A DNA stretch of 51,384 bases from Alphaproteobacteria bacterium. Lineage in GTDB: Bacteria; Pseudomonadota; Alphaproteobacteria; Micropepsales; Micropepsaceae. Location: NCBI GenBank assembly GCA_018969785.1, contig JAGWXR010000001.1, forward strand, positions 1-51,384, read 5' to 3'. A program made the position numbers and the translations under genes. The notes under the pieces are model-generated. The model was not told where the DNA came from. It made no database searches and saw nothing but the letters and a program-made list of their open reading frames with translations. Positions within the stretch are counted from its first letter, which is position 1. Each line of letters opens with the position of its first letter. Below, one piece after another: positions 17,401 through 27,803 of this stretch.

Positions 17401-17961
17401 ATGGCGTCCATGCGCCTCGGCATCTTTATCGTTTCAGCCCTTCTGCTGCTGGCCGGCAATGCCATGGCCGACCAGAAGGACCCGCGCCTTGCCGGGCTCT
17501 TTAACCAGTTGTCGAAGGTGCGCAGCCCCCTCGAGGCAGGCGTGCTCACCCTCCAGATCGGCGAACTCTGGCGCGCCTCCGGCAGCGACACGACCGACCT
17601 TCTGATGGATCGCGCAGCCGCATCGGTCGAGCAGCAGGACTATGACACCGCCCTGAAGCTCCTGAACGCGGTCAACCAGATGAAGCCCGCCTATGCCGAG
17701 GCCTATTTCCGCCGCGCCGAACTTTTCATGCTCATGGACAGCACCGAGCAGGCAGCCGCCGACCTTTCCAAGGTTGTGTCGCTCGAACCCCGCGATTTCC
17801 GCGCCCATGTTCTGATCGGCAAGATCGCCGACGACGCGGGGCAGTCAGCCGCCGCGCTCCAGGCCTACCGGCGCGCGCTCGCCATCAACCCGTCGATGGC
17901 GCCGGTCCTCAAGCGTGCGGGCGAACTGATGATGCTCGAGAAGGACAGGACCACGCTCTAG
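17401..17961 (+). CDS. Secreted TPR-repeat protein
   Basis: This is a 186-aa ORF. The signal-like N-terminus is MRLGIFIVSALLLLAGNAMA. TPR-like repeats are present (AYAEAYFRRAELFM, AAALQAYRRALAINP). Confidence 0.75.
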   Translation: MASMRLGIFIVSALLLLAGNAMADQKDPRLAGLFNQLSKVRSPLEAGVLTLQIGELWRASGSDTTDLLMDRAAASVEQQDYDTALKLLNAVNQMKPAYAEAYFRRAELFMLMDSTEQAAADLSKVVSLEPRDFRAHVLIGKIADDAGQSAAALQAYRRALAINPSMAPVLKRAGELMMLEKDRTTL

Positions 17962-17969
17962 TCTCAAGC

Positions 17970-19409
17970 TCAGCCCGCATAGGGCGGCGGCTTGCGCCCG
18001 ACGAACGCCACGCGCAGCAGGTTCGTCGCGCCGGGCGTCCCGAGTGGCACACCCGCCGTGACGACGATGCGCTGCCCCGGGGCGGCGAAGCCCTCGCGAT
18101 AGGCAATCTGGCAGGCCCGTTCGCTCATGTCCTCGAAGCTCTGTGCGTCCTCGGTCACCACGCAATGAAGGCCCCAGGCCAGCGCAAGCCGGCGGCCCGT
18201 CCGGACGACCGGCGTGAGCGCAATGATCGGAACCCCAGGCCGCTCGCGCGACGCACGGATCCCCGTCGACCCCGATCCCGTCCAGCACACGATGGCCGCG
18301 GCCCGGATCGTCTGCGCCACCTGCCGTGACGCCGCCGTGATCGCATCGGGCGTCGTCGCCTCGGGCTCGGGGCGCTGGGCTTCGATCATGGTTCGGTAAT
18401 GGCTGTCACCTTCGATCGAGCGCGCAATCCGGTCCATCATCTCGACGGCTTCCACCGGATACTTGCCCGATGCAGACTCGGCCGACAGCATCACGGCATC
18501 CGCGCCGTCGAAGACCGCCGTGGCGACATCGGATACTTCCGCACGCGTCGGCAGCGGGCTCGTGATCATCGATTCCAGCATTTGCGTGGCCACCACCACC
18601 GGCTTGCCGGCGGCCCGGCCCGCACGCGTGATCTGTTTCTGGCGCCCGGGAACCTGCTCGATGGGCAATTCGACACCAAGGTCGCCACGCGCGACCATCA
18701 GCGCATCCGAAAGCTCTGTGATTTCGGCCAGCCGGTCCAGCGCCGCCGGCTTCTCGATCTTTGACAGGATCCCGGCGCGCCCCGCCACGATCTTGCGCGC
18801 CTCGGCAACGTCTTCCGGCCGCTGCACGAAGGACAGGGCGATCCAGTCCACGCCGAGCTCAAGCGCCCGGTCGAGGTCGGCGCGATCCTTCGTCGACAGC
18901 GCTGCGATCGGCAGCACGACATCGGGCACGTTCACGCCCTTGCGGTCCGTCAGCCGTCCGCCGAACTCGACGCGCGCCGTCGCACTTTCCCCGTTGACGC
19001 TTTCCACCCGAAGCCGGAGCCGCCCGTCATCGATGAGCAACTGCCCGCCGGGTTTCAGTACCGCGAAGATTTCCTTGTGGGGCAGGTAGAGATGCTGCGC
19101 ATTGCCGGGCGCCGGATCAAGGTCGATGCGCACCACCGAACCCGTCTCAAGGTCGACGCCGCCGCCGGCCATGGCGCCGATCCGCAGCTTGGGTCCCTGC
19201 AGGTCGGCAAGGATGCCGATGGGCCGGTCAAGCTCGTTCTCGATTTCGCGGATCGTCGACACATAGTGGGAAAGCGCCGCGTGGTCCGTGTGGCTCATGT
19301 TGATGCGGAAGACGTCGGCACCGGCCTCGAACAGGCGACGGATCGTGGCGGCATCGCGCGAGGCCGGCCCTAGCGTGGCCAATATCTTGACGTTCCGGCG
19401 CCGGCGCAT
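17970..19409 (-). CDS. pyk: Pyruvate kinase
   Basis: This is a 479-aa ORF. It has the motifs KILATLGPAS, FRINMSH and MLSAESASGKYP, and is of full length. Confidence 0.95.
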   Translation of the reverse strand: MRRRRNVKILATLGPASRDAATIRRLFEAGADVFRINMSHTDHAALSHYVSTIREIENELDRPIGILADLQGPKLRIGAMAGGGVDLETGSVVRIDLDPAPGNAQHLYLPHKEIFAVLKPGGQLLIDDGRLRLRVESVNGESATARVEFGGRLTDRKGVNVPDVVLPIAALSTKDRADLDRALELGVDWIALSFVQRPEDVAEARKIVAGRAGILSKIEKPAALDRLAEITELSDALMVARGDLGVELPIEQVPGRQKQITRAGRAAGKPVVVATQMLESMITSPLPTRAEVSDVATAVFDGADAVMLSAESASGKYPVEAVEMMDRIARSIEGDSHYRTMIEAQRPEPEATTPDAITAASRQVAQTIRAAAIVCWTGSGSTGIRASRERPGVPIIALTPVVRTGRRLALAWGLHCVVTEDAQSFEDMSERACQIAYREGFAAPGQRIVVTAGVPLGTPGATNLLRVAFVGRKPPPYAG

Positions 19410-19449
19410 CTGCGTTCCTGCAATCCTGCTCTGGGATGTTGAGGCGATA

Positions 19450-19860
19450 CTAGTCGGAAAGGTGATAGACCATGGTTAATGCCTTGCCCGTATCAACCGG
19501 AAAAAACCGGGCCTCGCCGAGCTTTCGCTTGCGACAATCCTGTCGCCCGCGGATCTTGAAATTCCTGGGCTGCACACAGAGCCGGTAGGCGCCATCCCAG
19601 TCCCCGTCCACGCCCTCCTGCGCAGCGTGGATCAGCAGGTAGCGTGTCCTGAGAGGCCCTTTGACAAGAACCCGGCAGGCACGCGGATTGATGCGCCACC
19701 AGCCCTCGCTCACCCAGTCTTTGCCACTCTTGTACCCGATCGCGACGACGGCTGTATGGTCGCTCTTGTTGCACAACTCGAAATCCGCGCGCGCCGGAAA
19801 GGACAGGGCGCAGGCGACGAGCACCCCGCGCAGCAGGTTCATGTGTAATCTTGGAAACAT
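19450..19860 (-). CDS. DUF1036 family secreted protein
   Basis: This is a 136-aa ORF. The signal peptide is LRGVLVACALSFPARA, followed by FELCNKS...GWW...C. This is the pattern I recall for DUF1036. It ends 40 nt upstream of pyk on the same strand. An alternative start is at 19842. Confidence 0.75.
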   Translation of the reverse strand: MFPRLHMNLLRGVLVACALSFPARADFELCNKSDHTAVVAIGYKSGKDWVSEGWWRINPRACRVLVKGPLRTRYLLIHAAQEGVDGDWDGAYRLCVQPRNFKIRGRQDCRKRKLGEARFFPVDTGKALTMVYHLSD

Positions 19861-19888
19861 CTTGGTTCGGACGGCAACTCTTGAGGGG

Positions 19889-21145
19889 TCAGCCCGGCGG
19901 CAGGATCAGGATCGCACGCAAATCGTTGACATTTGTTCTCGTCGCTCCGGTGACGATTTCCTGCCCGAGCGCGCGGAAAAGCTGGGCGCTGTCGTTCCTG
20001 TCCGCGAGGTGCCTTAAGTCCAGCCCGGCCGTCCGGGCGCGATCGAGCGTGTCGGGCCCGATCCAGCCGCCAGCGACCGCATCGCTCCCGTCAATCCCGT
20101 CCGTGTCCGCCGCCAGCGCCCAGATGTGCCGGTGCCCCTGCAGGGCCTGCGCAAGCGCGATGAGGTACTCGCGGTTCGGCCCGCCCGCGCCGCCACCCGT
20201 GACCTTCACCGTCAATTCGCCCCCTGACAGGAGCATCAGCGGCGTGCCGGCAGGCTCCATGTGGCGCGCAATTTCGCCATGCGCCAGCCCAACCTGCCGC
20301 GCATCGCCCTCGATGTTCACGCCCAGCACCAATGTGTTGAGCCGGAACGACTGCGCCGCATCGCAGGCTGCAGCCACCAGGTCCGCGCCTCGCGCGACAA
20401 TCGTGAAGTCCGCGGTCGCAAGGCGCGTGTCACCCGGTTTCACGCTCTCAAGTTGCGGATCAGCCAGCACCTGCCGCACGGCATCCGGCATCTCGATCCC
20501 GTGGCGCAGCAGGATGCGCTCGGCGTCGCGCTGCGTTGACGGGTCTGCAACCGTCGGTCCCGAGGCGATCGCACACGCCTCATCGCCAGCCACGTCTGAA
20601 AGCGCGAGTGTCAGCACGCGGGCAGGGTGGGCGCACGCCGCCAGTCGCCCGCCCTTGATAGCCGACAGGTGTCGCCGCACGCAGTTGATCTCGCCGATGG
20701 AGGCCCCGCTCAGCACGAGCCCGCGCGTCACGGCCTGCTTGTCAGCCAGCGTCAGCGGCGGCAGGGGCGCAGCAAGCAGCGCCGACCCGCCACCCGACAG
20801 AAGCACCAGCAGCGTGTCGCCTTGCCCAAGCGAGCCTGCAAGGTCAAGCGCCGCCCGGCCTGCCACGATCCCGGCTTCATCGGGGACAGGATGCCGGGCC
20901 TCGATCAGTTGCAGCGACCGCAGGGGCTGCCCATGCCCGTGCCGCGTCACGACAAGCCCGCCATCAGTGTCGCCCCAGGCCTCCTCCACGGCAGCCGCCA
21001 TGGCGCCGGCTGCCTTTCCCGCGCCGATCACGAACACGCGACCGCGAGGCCGGGGCGGAAGGGCCAGCGGCACGACGCGGCGCGGATGGCACGCATCGAC
21101 CGCAGACAGGAAGACCTGCTTCAGGATGTCAGGCGGTGACTGCAT
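19889..21145 (-). CDS. Glycerate 2-kinase / hydroxypyruvate reductase family (DUF4147 + MOFRL, TtuD-like)
   Basis: This is a 418-aa ORF with the motifs VIGAGKAAGAMA and ADTDGIDG. Confidence 0.88.
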   Translation of the reverse strand: MQSPPDILKQVFLSAVDACHPRRVVPLALPPRPRGRVFVIGAGKAAGAMAAAVEEAWGDTDGGLVVTRHGHGQPLRSLQLIEARHPVPDEAGIVAGRAALDLAGSLGQGDTLLVLLSGGGSALLAAPLPPLTLADKQAVTRGLVLSGASIGEINCVRRHLSAIKGGRLAACAHPARVLTLALSDVAGDEACAIASGPTVADPSTQRDAERILLRHGIEMPDAVRQVLADPQLESVKPGDTRLATADFTIVARGADLVAAACDAAQSFRLNTLVLGVNIEGDARQVGLAHGEIARHMEPAGTPLMLLSGGELTVKVTGGGAGGPNREYLIALAQALQGHRHIWALAADTDGIDGSDAVAGGWIGPDTLDRARTAGLDLRHLADRNDSAQLFRALGQEIVTGATRTNVNDLRAILILPPG

Positions 21146-21242
21146 GAAACCGCGGCCTCAGGGGGTTGCGACAATCGAACTGTCACATCGCTGCAAAGCT
21201 CTAGCCTATTCTGCGCCCGTCGTCAGCGTCGGTTGGTGTCCC

Positions 21243-21995
21243 GTGCCGTCCATCCCACCCTTTGAAAGCTTCAACCCGCAGGGCGATCCTGCGGTCATTC
21301 TCGTCTGCGACCATGCGTCGAACTTCATTCCCCCCGAATATGCAGGGCTCGGCCTGCCGGCAGCACGTCTGGGGACACACATTGCCTGGGACATCGGCGC
21401 CGCAGCGGTGACCCGCACGATGGCCGCCGCACTCGGCGCCCCGGCAATCCTCGGCACGCATTCGCGCCTCCTCATCGACCTCAACCGCGGCGAGGACGAT
21501 CCGACGCTCGTGATGAAACTGTCCGACGGCGCGATCATTCCCGGCAATGCGACGGCGGACGAGGCCGGGATCCGGCACCGGGTCACACGCTACTACCACC
21601 CCTATCACGACGCGATCGCAAGCCTCATTGCGGGCGCCCGCGGCCGAGGCATCGCGCCCGTCATCGTCTCCATCCACTCCTTCACGCCCGAATGGAAGGG
21701 CAAACCCCGCCCGTGGCATGTCGGCGTCCTCTGGTCCCGGCGCGACGCGCGCCTGTCCCGCGCGCTCCTCGAAGTCCTCAGGGCAGAAACCGATCTCTGC
21801 GTGGGCGACAACCAGCCCTACTCGGGCGAACTCCAGGGCGACTGCATGGACCGCCACGCACTCGCGCTGGGCCTGCCCCACGTCCTGATCGAGCTGCGCC
21901 AGGATCTCATCGGCGATGACGCAGGCGCCCGGTCCTGGGGAACCCGCCTCGTGCCATTGCTGCGCAAGGCGATTGCGGGCATGAAGGGGCCCTGA
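21243..21995 (+). CDS. N-formylglutamate amidohydrolase family protein
   Basis: This is the 3' third of the 714-aa ORF 19851-21995. It has the motifs VLVCDHASN, THSRLLIDLNR and VSIHSFTP. I chose GTG 21243 as the start. ATG 21144 is possible but would abut the divergent gene's start codon. The rest of the long ORF is antisense to the glycerate kinase gene. Confidence 0.8.
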   Translation: MPSIPPFESFNPQGDPAVILVCDHASNFIPPEYAGLGLPAARLGTHIAWDIGAAAVTRTMAAALGAPAILGTHSRLLIDLNRGEDDPTLVMKLSDGAIIPGNATADEAGIRHRVTRYYHPYHDAIASLIAGARGRGIAPVIVSIHSFTPEWKGKPRPWHVGVLWSRRDARLSRALLEVLRAETDLCVGDNQPYSGELQGDCMDRHALALGLPHVLIELRQDLIGDDAGARSWGTRLVPLLRKAIAGMKGP

Positions 21996-22015
21996 CCGAA
22001 AGGAGCCGTTCCCCG

Positions 22016-22315
22016 ATGGACGAAAACACACGCACCGAAATCGAAGCCGCGGTTTTCCGCCGCCTCGTGGCGCATTTGCGCAGCCGCACCGACACGCAGA
22101 ACATCGACCTGATGAACCTTGCGGGGTTCTGCCGGAATTGCCTCGGAAACTGGTACGAGGAGGCCGCCCGCGAGCGTGGAATGCAACTCACGCGCGATGA
22201 AGCCCGCGAGACGATCTACGGAATGCCCTATGCCGAGTGGAAATCCCGCTACCAGGTCGAGGCAACCGAGGCGCAAAAGGCGGCTTTCGGGTTATCCCAC
22301 AAGAATCATGGCTAG
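22016..22315 (+). CDS. DUF1244 family protein
   Basis: This is a 99-aa ORF. The motif LAGFCRNCLGNWY is typical of DUF1244 as I recall it. Confidence 0.75.
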   Translation: MDENTRTEIEAAVFRRLVAHLRSRTDTQNIDLMNLAGFCRNCLGNWYEEAARERGMQLTRDEARETIYGMPYAEWKSRYQVEATEAQKAAFGLSHKNHG

Positions 22316-22399
22316 GTCCCGTTGATCGGGGCTGCCGCGCTGACTAGGGTTCGCGCCCTCTGAAGCCGCGTTACCAAGAACATCGATGGGATTCTTGTC

Positions 22400-22645
22400 A
22401 TGGCCAAGCCGAATTTCGCGAAGGATCAGCTGAAGTCGCTTGTCGAGCGCGTCGAGCGCCTCGAGGAGGAGAAAGCAGCCCTCGGCAATGACCTCAAGGA
22501 GGTCTACGCCGAAGCCAAGGGGCAGGGCTTCGACACCAAGATCATGCGCCAGGTCGTCCGCATCCGGAAGATGGAAGCCCACGAGCGCGAGGAGCGCGAC
22601 GCGCTCCTCGACCTGTACCTGTCCGCCCTCGGCATGGCGCGCTGA
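22400..22645 (+). CDS. gapR: DUF2312 / GapR-like nucleoid-associated protein
   Basis: This is an 81-aa ORF. The stretch QLKSLVERVERLEEEKAALGNDLKEVYAEAKGQGFDTKIMRQVVRIRKM...LLDLYLSALG closely parallels the Caulobacter GapR core, which I am recalling from memory. Confidence 0.85.
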   Translation: MAKPNFAKDQLKSLVERVERLEEEKAALGNDLKEVYAEAKGQGFDTKIMRQVVRIRKMEAHEREERDALLDLYLSALGMAR

Positions 22646-22653
22646 CGGCGGCC

Positions 22654-24138
<1,485 letters not shown>

Positions 24139-24241
24139 GAAGTCCACCCTTTGTTTTTGTTGGTTGGTCGTGGCTCAATCTGACCCATCCGGAGTAAAAG
24201 TCGCTTTAAGCCGTTTCACTTCGGGCCACGTTCAGGCTTTG

Positions 24242-24249
24242 TTAACCAA
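24242..24249. promoter_or_regulatory. CtrA half-site-like element TTAACCAA
   Basis: It matches 7 of 8 positions of the TTAACCAT half-site known from Caulobacter. It lies in the divergent region 104 nt from the response-regulator start. It is a single short match. Confidence 0.25.
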
Positions 24250-24430
24250 ACCGTGCTGCGCCTTGTGGTGTGGATGCTACAGAGGGTGTGCATTGTGAGG
24301 CGGAGCGGTCACTAATGCTTGCAAGCGGGAGGGGATGATGAGACCTTCAATTCGCTTTTCTGATGTCCGGCTCGCGGGGGAAGCTCTGCTCACAGGGCAA
24401 GCGATTGGTGGCACCGGAAAGCTCATCGAG

Positions 24431-24904
24431 GGGGTGAAGCGCGGCGCACGAGGCCTGGGGGGCCTGGTGCGCCGCTGCTGTTTGGGGTTTGCCCCGGCGC
24501 TTTTCCTTGCCGCCTGCGCGACCTTCGACGTTTCCCCGTTCCTGCGCGAGCAGATCACCGGCGACACCTGGCGCGCCTGCCTCGCCCGCGAATACCAGTC
24601 CCAGGCCCGCCAGCAGGTCCGCAACGGCCGAAACTGGGCGCAAGCTACCCGTCTCGCCGCCCGGGGCAGGCTGTCGCTCGAAGGCGGGGAGCCCGGCGCA
24701 GACCCGCTCCCGGAGGTGCTTGCCAGCCGGGCCCGGACGCTGGCCGCCGCCGTCTCGTCCCGGGGCCGCACCTGCGACTGCGCGACAGCCACCGCCCGCC
24801 TCGACGGTTGGACGGTCGCCCTTGCACAGGACACCGCGCGCGACCAGGCCGTTTTTGCGGCGTCATTCGACGCGGCACTGAGCAAGTGCAGCAATCCGGA
24901 TTGA
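24431..24904 (+). CDS. Hypothetical lipoprotein
   Basis: This is the 3' part of ORF 24335-24904. It has the lipobox LFLAAC. Third-position GC is high from about 24431 onward, but A/T-rich third positions occur in 24338-24430. I therefore provisionally placed the start at GTG 24431. Confidence 0.6.
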   Translation, partial: GVKRGARGLGGLVRRCCLGFAPALFLAACATFDVSPFLREQITGDTWRACLAREYQSQARQQVRNGRNWAQATRLAARGRLSLEGGEPGADPLPEVLASRARTLAAAVSSRGRTCDCATATARLDGWTVALAQDTARDQAVFAASFDAALSKCSNPD

Positions 24905-24942
24905 CGCCCCACAGCGCGTCTGTCATGCACGCCGGAAGCATC

Positions 24943-26289
24943 ATGTCTGACGAAGAAAACACCCTCGGCCGAAGGCTCAAGCGCTACGCCAACGTGACCA
25001 CCACCATCGGCGGCACCGCCGCGCGCATGGCCGGGTCCCGCATGCTGGGCATCGACCGTGACGAGAAACTCGAGGCCGCCGACCTCAAGGCAGCCCTCGG
25101 CAATCTCAAGGGCCCGTTGATGAAGGTGGCGCAGATGCTGTCCACCGTGCCCGATCTTGTGCCGGCAAACTTCGCCGCCGAACTCGCCACATTGCAGACG
25201 CAGGCCCCACCGATGGGCTGGCCCTTCGTGCGCAGGCGCATGGCCTCCGAGCTGGGCCCCGACTGGGAAAAGAAGTTCCGCGCCTTCGAACGCGAGGCCT
25301 CGGCCGCCGCCTCGCTGGGGCAGGTCCACAAGGCCGTGGACAAGCAGGGCCGCAATCTCGCCTGCAAGCTGCAATACCCGGACATGGCGTCCGCCGTGGA
25401 GGCCGACCTCGCACAGCTCCGGATCCTCTTCTCCCTCTACCGGCGCATGGACCGCGCGATTGATCCATCAGAAATCGCCGACGAAGTGGGCGAGCGCCTG
25501 CGCGAGGAACTCGACTACCGGCGCGAGGCCGCCCACATCGCGCTCTACCGCATCATGCTGAAGGACAGCACGGGCATTCACGTGCCCGAGGTCCTGCCCG
25601 AGCTGTCGACCGGCCGCCTTCTGACCATGACCTGGATCTCGGGCAAGCCGATCCTCGAGTTCAAGTCACGCTCGCAAGCCGACCGCAACCGCATCGCCGA
25701 GACGATGTTCCGTGCCTGGTGGCATCCCTTCAGCCACTATGCGGCGATCCACGGTGATCCGCATCTGGGCAACTACACGATCCGCGACGACCTCGGGCTG
25801 AACCTGCTCGACTATGGCTGCATCCGCACCTTCCGGCCGGAATTCGTGGGCGGCGTGATTTCCCTCTACACGGCACTTCTCAGGAACGACCGCGACATGG
25901 CCGTCCACGCCTACGAGACCTGGGGCTTCCGCAACCTGAAGAATGAACTGGTCGACGCGCTGAACATCTGGGCGCGCTTCATCTACGCCCCCATGCTCGA
26001 CGATCGCGTGCGCACGGTGGCCGACGGCATCGAGCCCTCCGCCTACGGACGAAAGGAAGCCTTCCAGGTCCACCAGCTGCTCAAGGAGCTCGGGCCCGTC
26101 AAGCCGCCGCGCGAGTTCGTCTTCATGGACCGCGCTGCCATCGGCCTTGGCGCCGTGTTCCTGCACCTGCAGGCCGAGATGAATTTCCACGACCTGTTCC
26201 ACGCCGAGATCGCCGATTTCTCGCTGGCGGAAGTCAAGGGTCGCCAGAGGAAGGCCTTCGACGCGGCCGGCGTGCCGCTGCCGGCCTGA
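24943..26289 (+). CDS. ABC1/UbiB-family atypical kinase, soluble form
   Basis: This is ORF 24808-26289. The motifs are GPLMKVAQMLSTVPDLVP (KxGQ-like), AAASLGQVHKA and IHGDPHLGNY. I see no C-terminal membrane helices. The start is ATG 24943, which has GGAAG upstream. Confidence 0.88.
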   Translation: MSDEENTLGRRLKRYANVTTTIGGTAARMAGSRMLGIDRDEKLEAADLKAALGNLKGPLMKVAQMLSTVPDLVPANFAAELATLQTQAPPMGWPFVRRRMASELGPDWEKKFRAFEREASAAASLGQVHKAVDKQGRNLACKLQYPDMASAVEADLAQLRILFSLYRRMDRAIDPSEIADEVGERLREELDYRREAAHIALYRIMLKDSTGIHVPEVLPELSTGRLLTMTWISGKPILEFKSRSQADRNRIAETMFRAWWHPFSHYAAIHGDPHLGNYTIRDDLGLNLLDYGCIRTFRPEFVGGVISLYTALLRNDRDMAVHAYETWGFRNLKNELVDALNIWARFIYAPMLDDRVRTVADGIEPSAYGRKEAFQVHQLLKELGPVKPPREFVFMDRAAIGLGAVFLHLQAEMNFHDLFHAEIADFSLAEVKGRQRKAFDAAGVPLPA

Positions 26290-26299
26290 GGAGTTGAGC

Positions 26300-27343
26300 A
26301 TGAACCAGAGCGATTACTGGAGCCTCTTTGCCATCGAGGCCGAACGCATCGGCTCACCCCTCTACGCAAGGCTCGCCCGCCATATCCGCGACGACCCGCG
26401 CGTGCGCACCATCGCCGAGAAGGCAAAGCCCGGCCAGCCGCACGCCAACATCATCCTCGGCGCCGTCCAGTATCTCCTTTACGAAGGCCGCCCTCACGCC
26501 CTGAAGAAGCTCTACCCGAGCTTAACGCCGGGCGCCGAGCCGGGCCCTGACATCTACGAGACCTTCCGCGACTTCTGCCTTCAATACGAGGAAGACGTGA
26601 CGCATCTCGTCACGTCACGCGTGACCAACACGAACGAGGTTGCCCGCTGCACCGCGCTGCTGCCGGGCTTCCAGCACATCGCGCGCGAGACCGGCACGGG
26701 CCTGCACATGGTCGAGATCGGTCCGAGCGCCGGGTTCAATCTGAACTGGGATCTCTACGCCTATTCCTACGTGAGCGAGGGCAGGGAAGTGGCGGCGTGC
26801 CCGACCCCGGACGCAAGCCTCAGGCTGACGGCCGAGGCCCGGGGTCCGCTCGTCCCGCGCGTCGACCCGGTCATGCCACAGGTGCTCAGCCGCGTCGGGC
26901 TTGAGCTGAATCCCGTCCGCCTTTCCGACCCCGCTGACCGCCTCTGGCTCAAGGCGCTGATCTTCCCGGAATTGCAGCCACGCATTGCGCGCCTCGACGG
27001 GGCGATCGCAACGGCCCTGAAACATCCGCCGCCGATCCGCTTCGGCGATGCGCTCGCCCTCATCACGCCTACGCTCGAGGCGCTGCCGGCAACGGGTACG
27101 CCCGTCGTCTATCACTCCTTTGTCACCTACCAGTTCTCGACCGACATGCAGCGCCGGTTCGACGAGGCGCTCGTGGCGCACGCAAGGCACCGGCCGCTCT
27201 ACCGCGTCAGCGTCGAGTGGGAGCAGGCCGAACACCCCGTCCGCGTCTCGCGCTACGACAACGGGACCACAAGCAGCGTTGTTCTGGCGGATTGCAATCC
27301 CCACGGCGCATGGATTGAATGGCGCCGCAGGGCGGCTGGCTGA
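26300..27343 (+). CDS. DUF2332 family protein
   Basis: This is ORF 26294-27343. I recognise the overall pattern as DUF2332 from memory. The ATG at 26300 lies 6 nt after GAGGAG, which straddles the kinase stop. It contains VEIGPSAGFN. Confidence 0.75.
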   Translation: MNQSDYWSLFAIEAERIGSPLYARLARHIRDDPRVRTIAEKAKPGQPHANIILGAVQYLLYEGRPHALKKLYPSLTPGAEPGPDIYETFRDFCLQYEEDVTHLVTSRVTNTNEVARCTALLPGFQHIARETGTGLHMVEIGPSAGFNLNWDLYAYSYVSEGREVAACPTPDASLRLTAEARGPLVPRVDPVMPQVLSRVGLELNPVRLSDPADRLWLKALIFPELQPRIARLDGAIATALKHPPPIRFGDALALITPTLEALPATGTPVVYHSFVTYQFSTDMQRRFDEALVAHARHRPLYRVSVEWEQAEHPVRVSRYDNGTTSSVVLADCNPHGAWIEWRRRAAG

Positions 27344-27349
27344 AACACC

Positions 27350-27802
27350 ATGACGGATGACCTTCTTGAAGAAAATGTCCCCGAAATACCGGAGGGCTAT
27401 GTCCGCATGAACTGGTTCCAGGGATTCGGCCGACAGATCGGCCCCCTGTATGAGCGCGTGAACGCGGACCGCACTTACACCAGGGCTTTCCTGGTGTCCG
27501 ATGCGCACACGAACGGCATGAAGAACTGTCATGGCGGCATGCTGATGGCCTTTGCCGACATGGCGCTGGGCCACGCGATCTCCTTGCAGGAAAACCGCTA
27601 CTGGGTGACGGTGCGCATGGTGACTGACTTCGTGGAAGCCGCCCATGTCGGCGACTGGGTCGAGGGCACGGGCACCATCACCGGTCGCGAGGATGACATC
27701 TTCACCGTTACCGGTCGCATCTGGTGTGCCGAGCGCACGATCATGTCGGCCACGGGCATCTTCAAGGCCCTGGGCACGCGACCACCGCGCCGAAAGGCCT
27801 GA
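27350..27802 (+). CDS. PaaI-family hotdog-fold thioesterase
   Basis: This is a 150-aa ORF. The motif NCHGGMLMAFADMALG is typical of the PaaI/YbgC-like hotdog fold. Confidence 0.82.
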   Translation: MTDDLLEENVPEIPEGYVRMNWFQGFGRQIGPLYERVNADRTYTRAFLVSDAHTNGMKNCHGGMLMAFADMALGHAISLQENRYWVTVRMVTDFVEAAHVGDWVEGTGTITGREDDIFTVTGRIWCAERTIMSATGIFKALGTRPPRRKA

Positions 27803-27803
27803 C

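Noticed and set aside
19851-21143. 5' two-thirds of the 714-aa plus-strand ORF 19851-21995
   Set aside because: It is antisense to the glycerate kinase gene, and its product is S/A/P/R-rich without motifs. Only the 3' third (the FGase family region) looks real.
22292-22301. DnaA-box-like TTATCCCACA
   Set aside because: It is a single copy with a one-base insertion relative to TTATCCACA. It lies inside the DUF1244 CDS, with no box cluster or AT-rich unwinding element nearby.
24409-24422. Sigma-54 promoter-like TGGCAC...GC just upstream of the lipoprotein gene, next to a sigma-54 activator
   Set aside because: The GG-to-GC spacing is 9 nt, not the required 10. The -12 region reads AGCT rather than TTGC. 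I saw no other TGGCAC-N5-TTGC in the window.
24338-24430. N-terminal extension of the lipoprotein ORF behind a good GGAGG plus ATG
   Set aside because: Third codon positions are A/T-rich here, unlike all confident genes. I kept it as an open question in the findings and did not annotate it as CDS.
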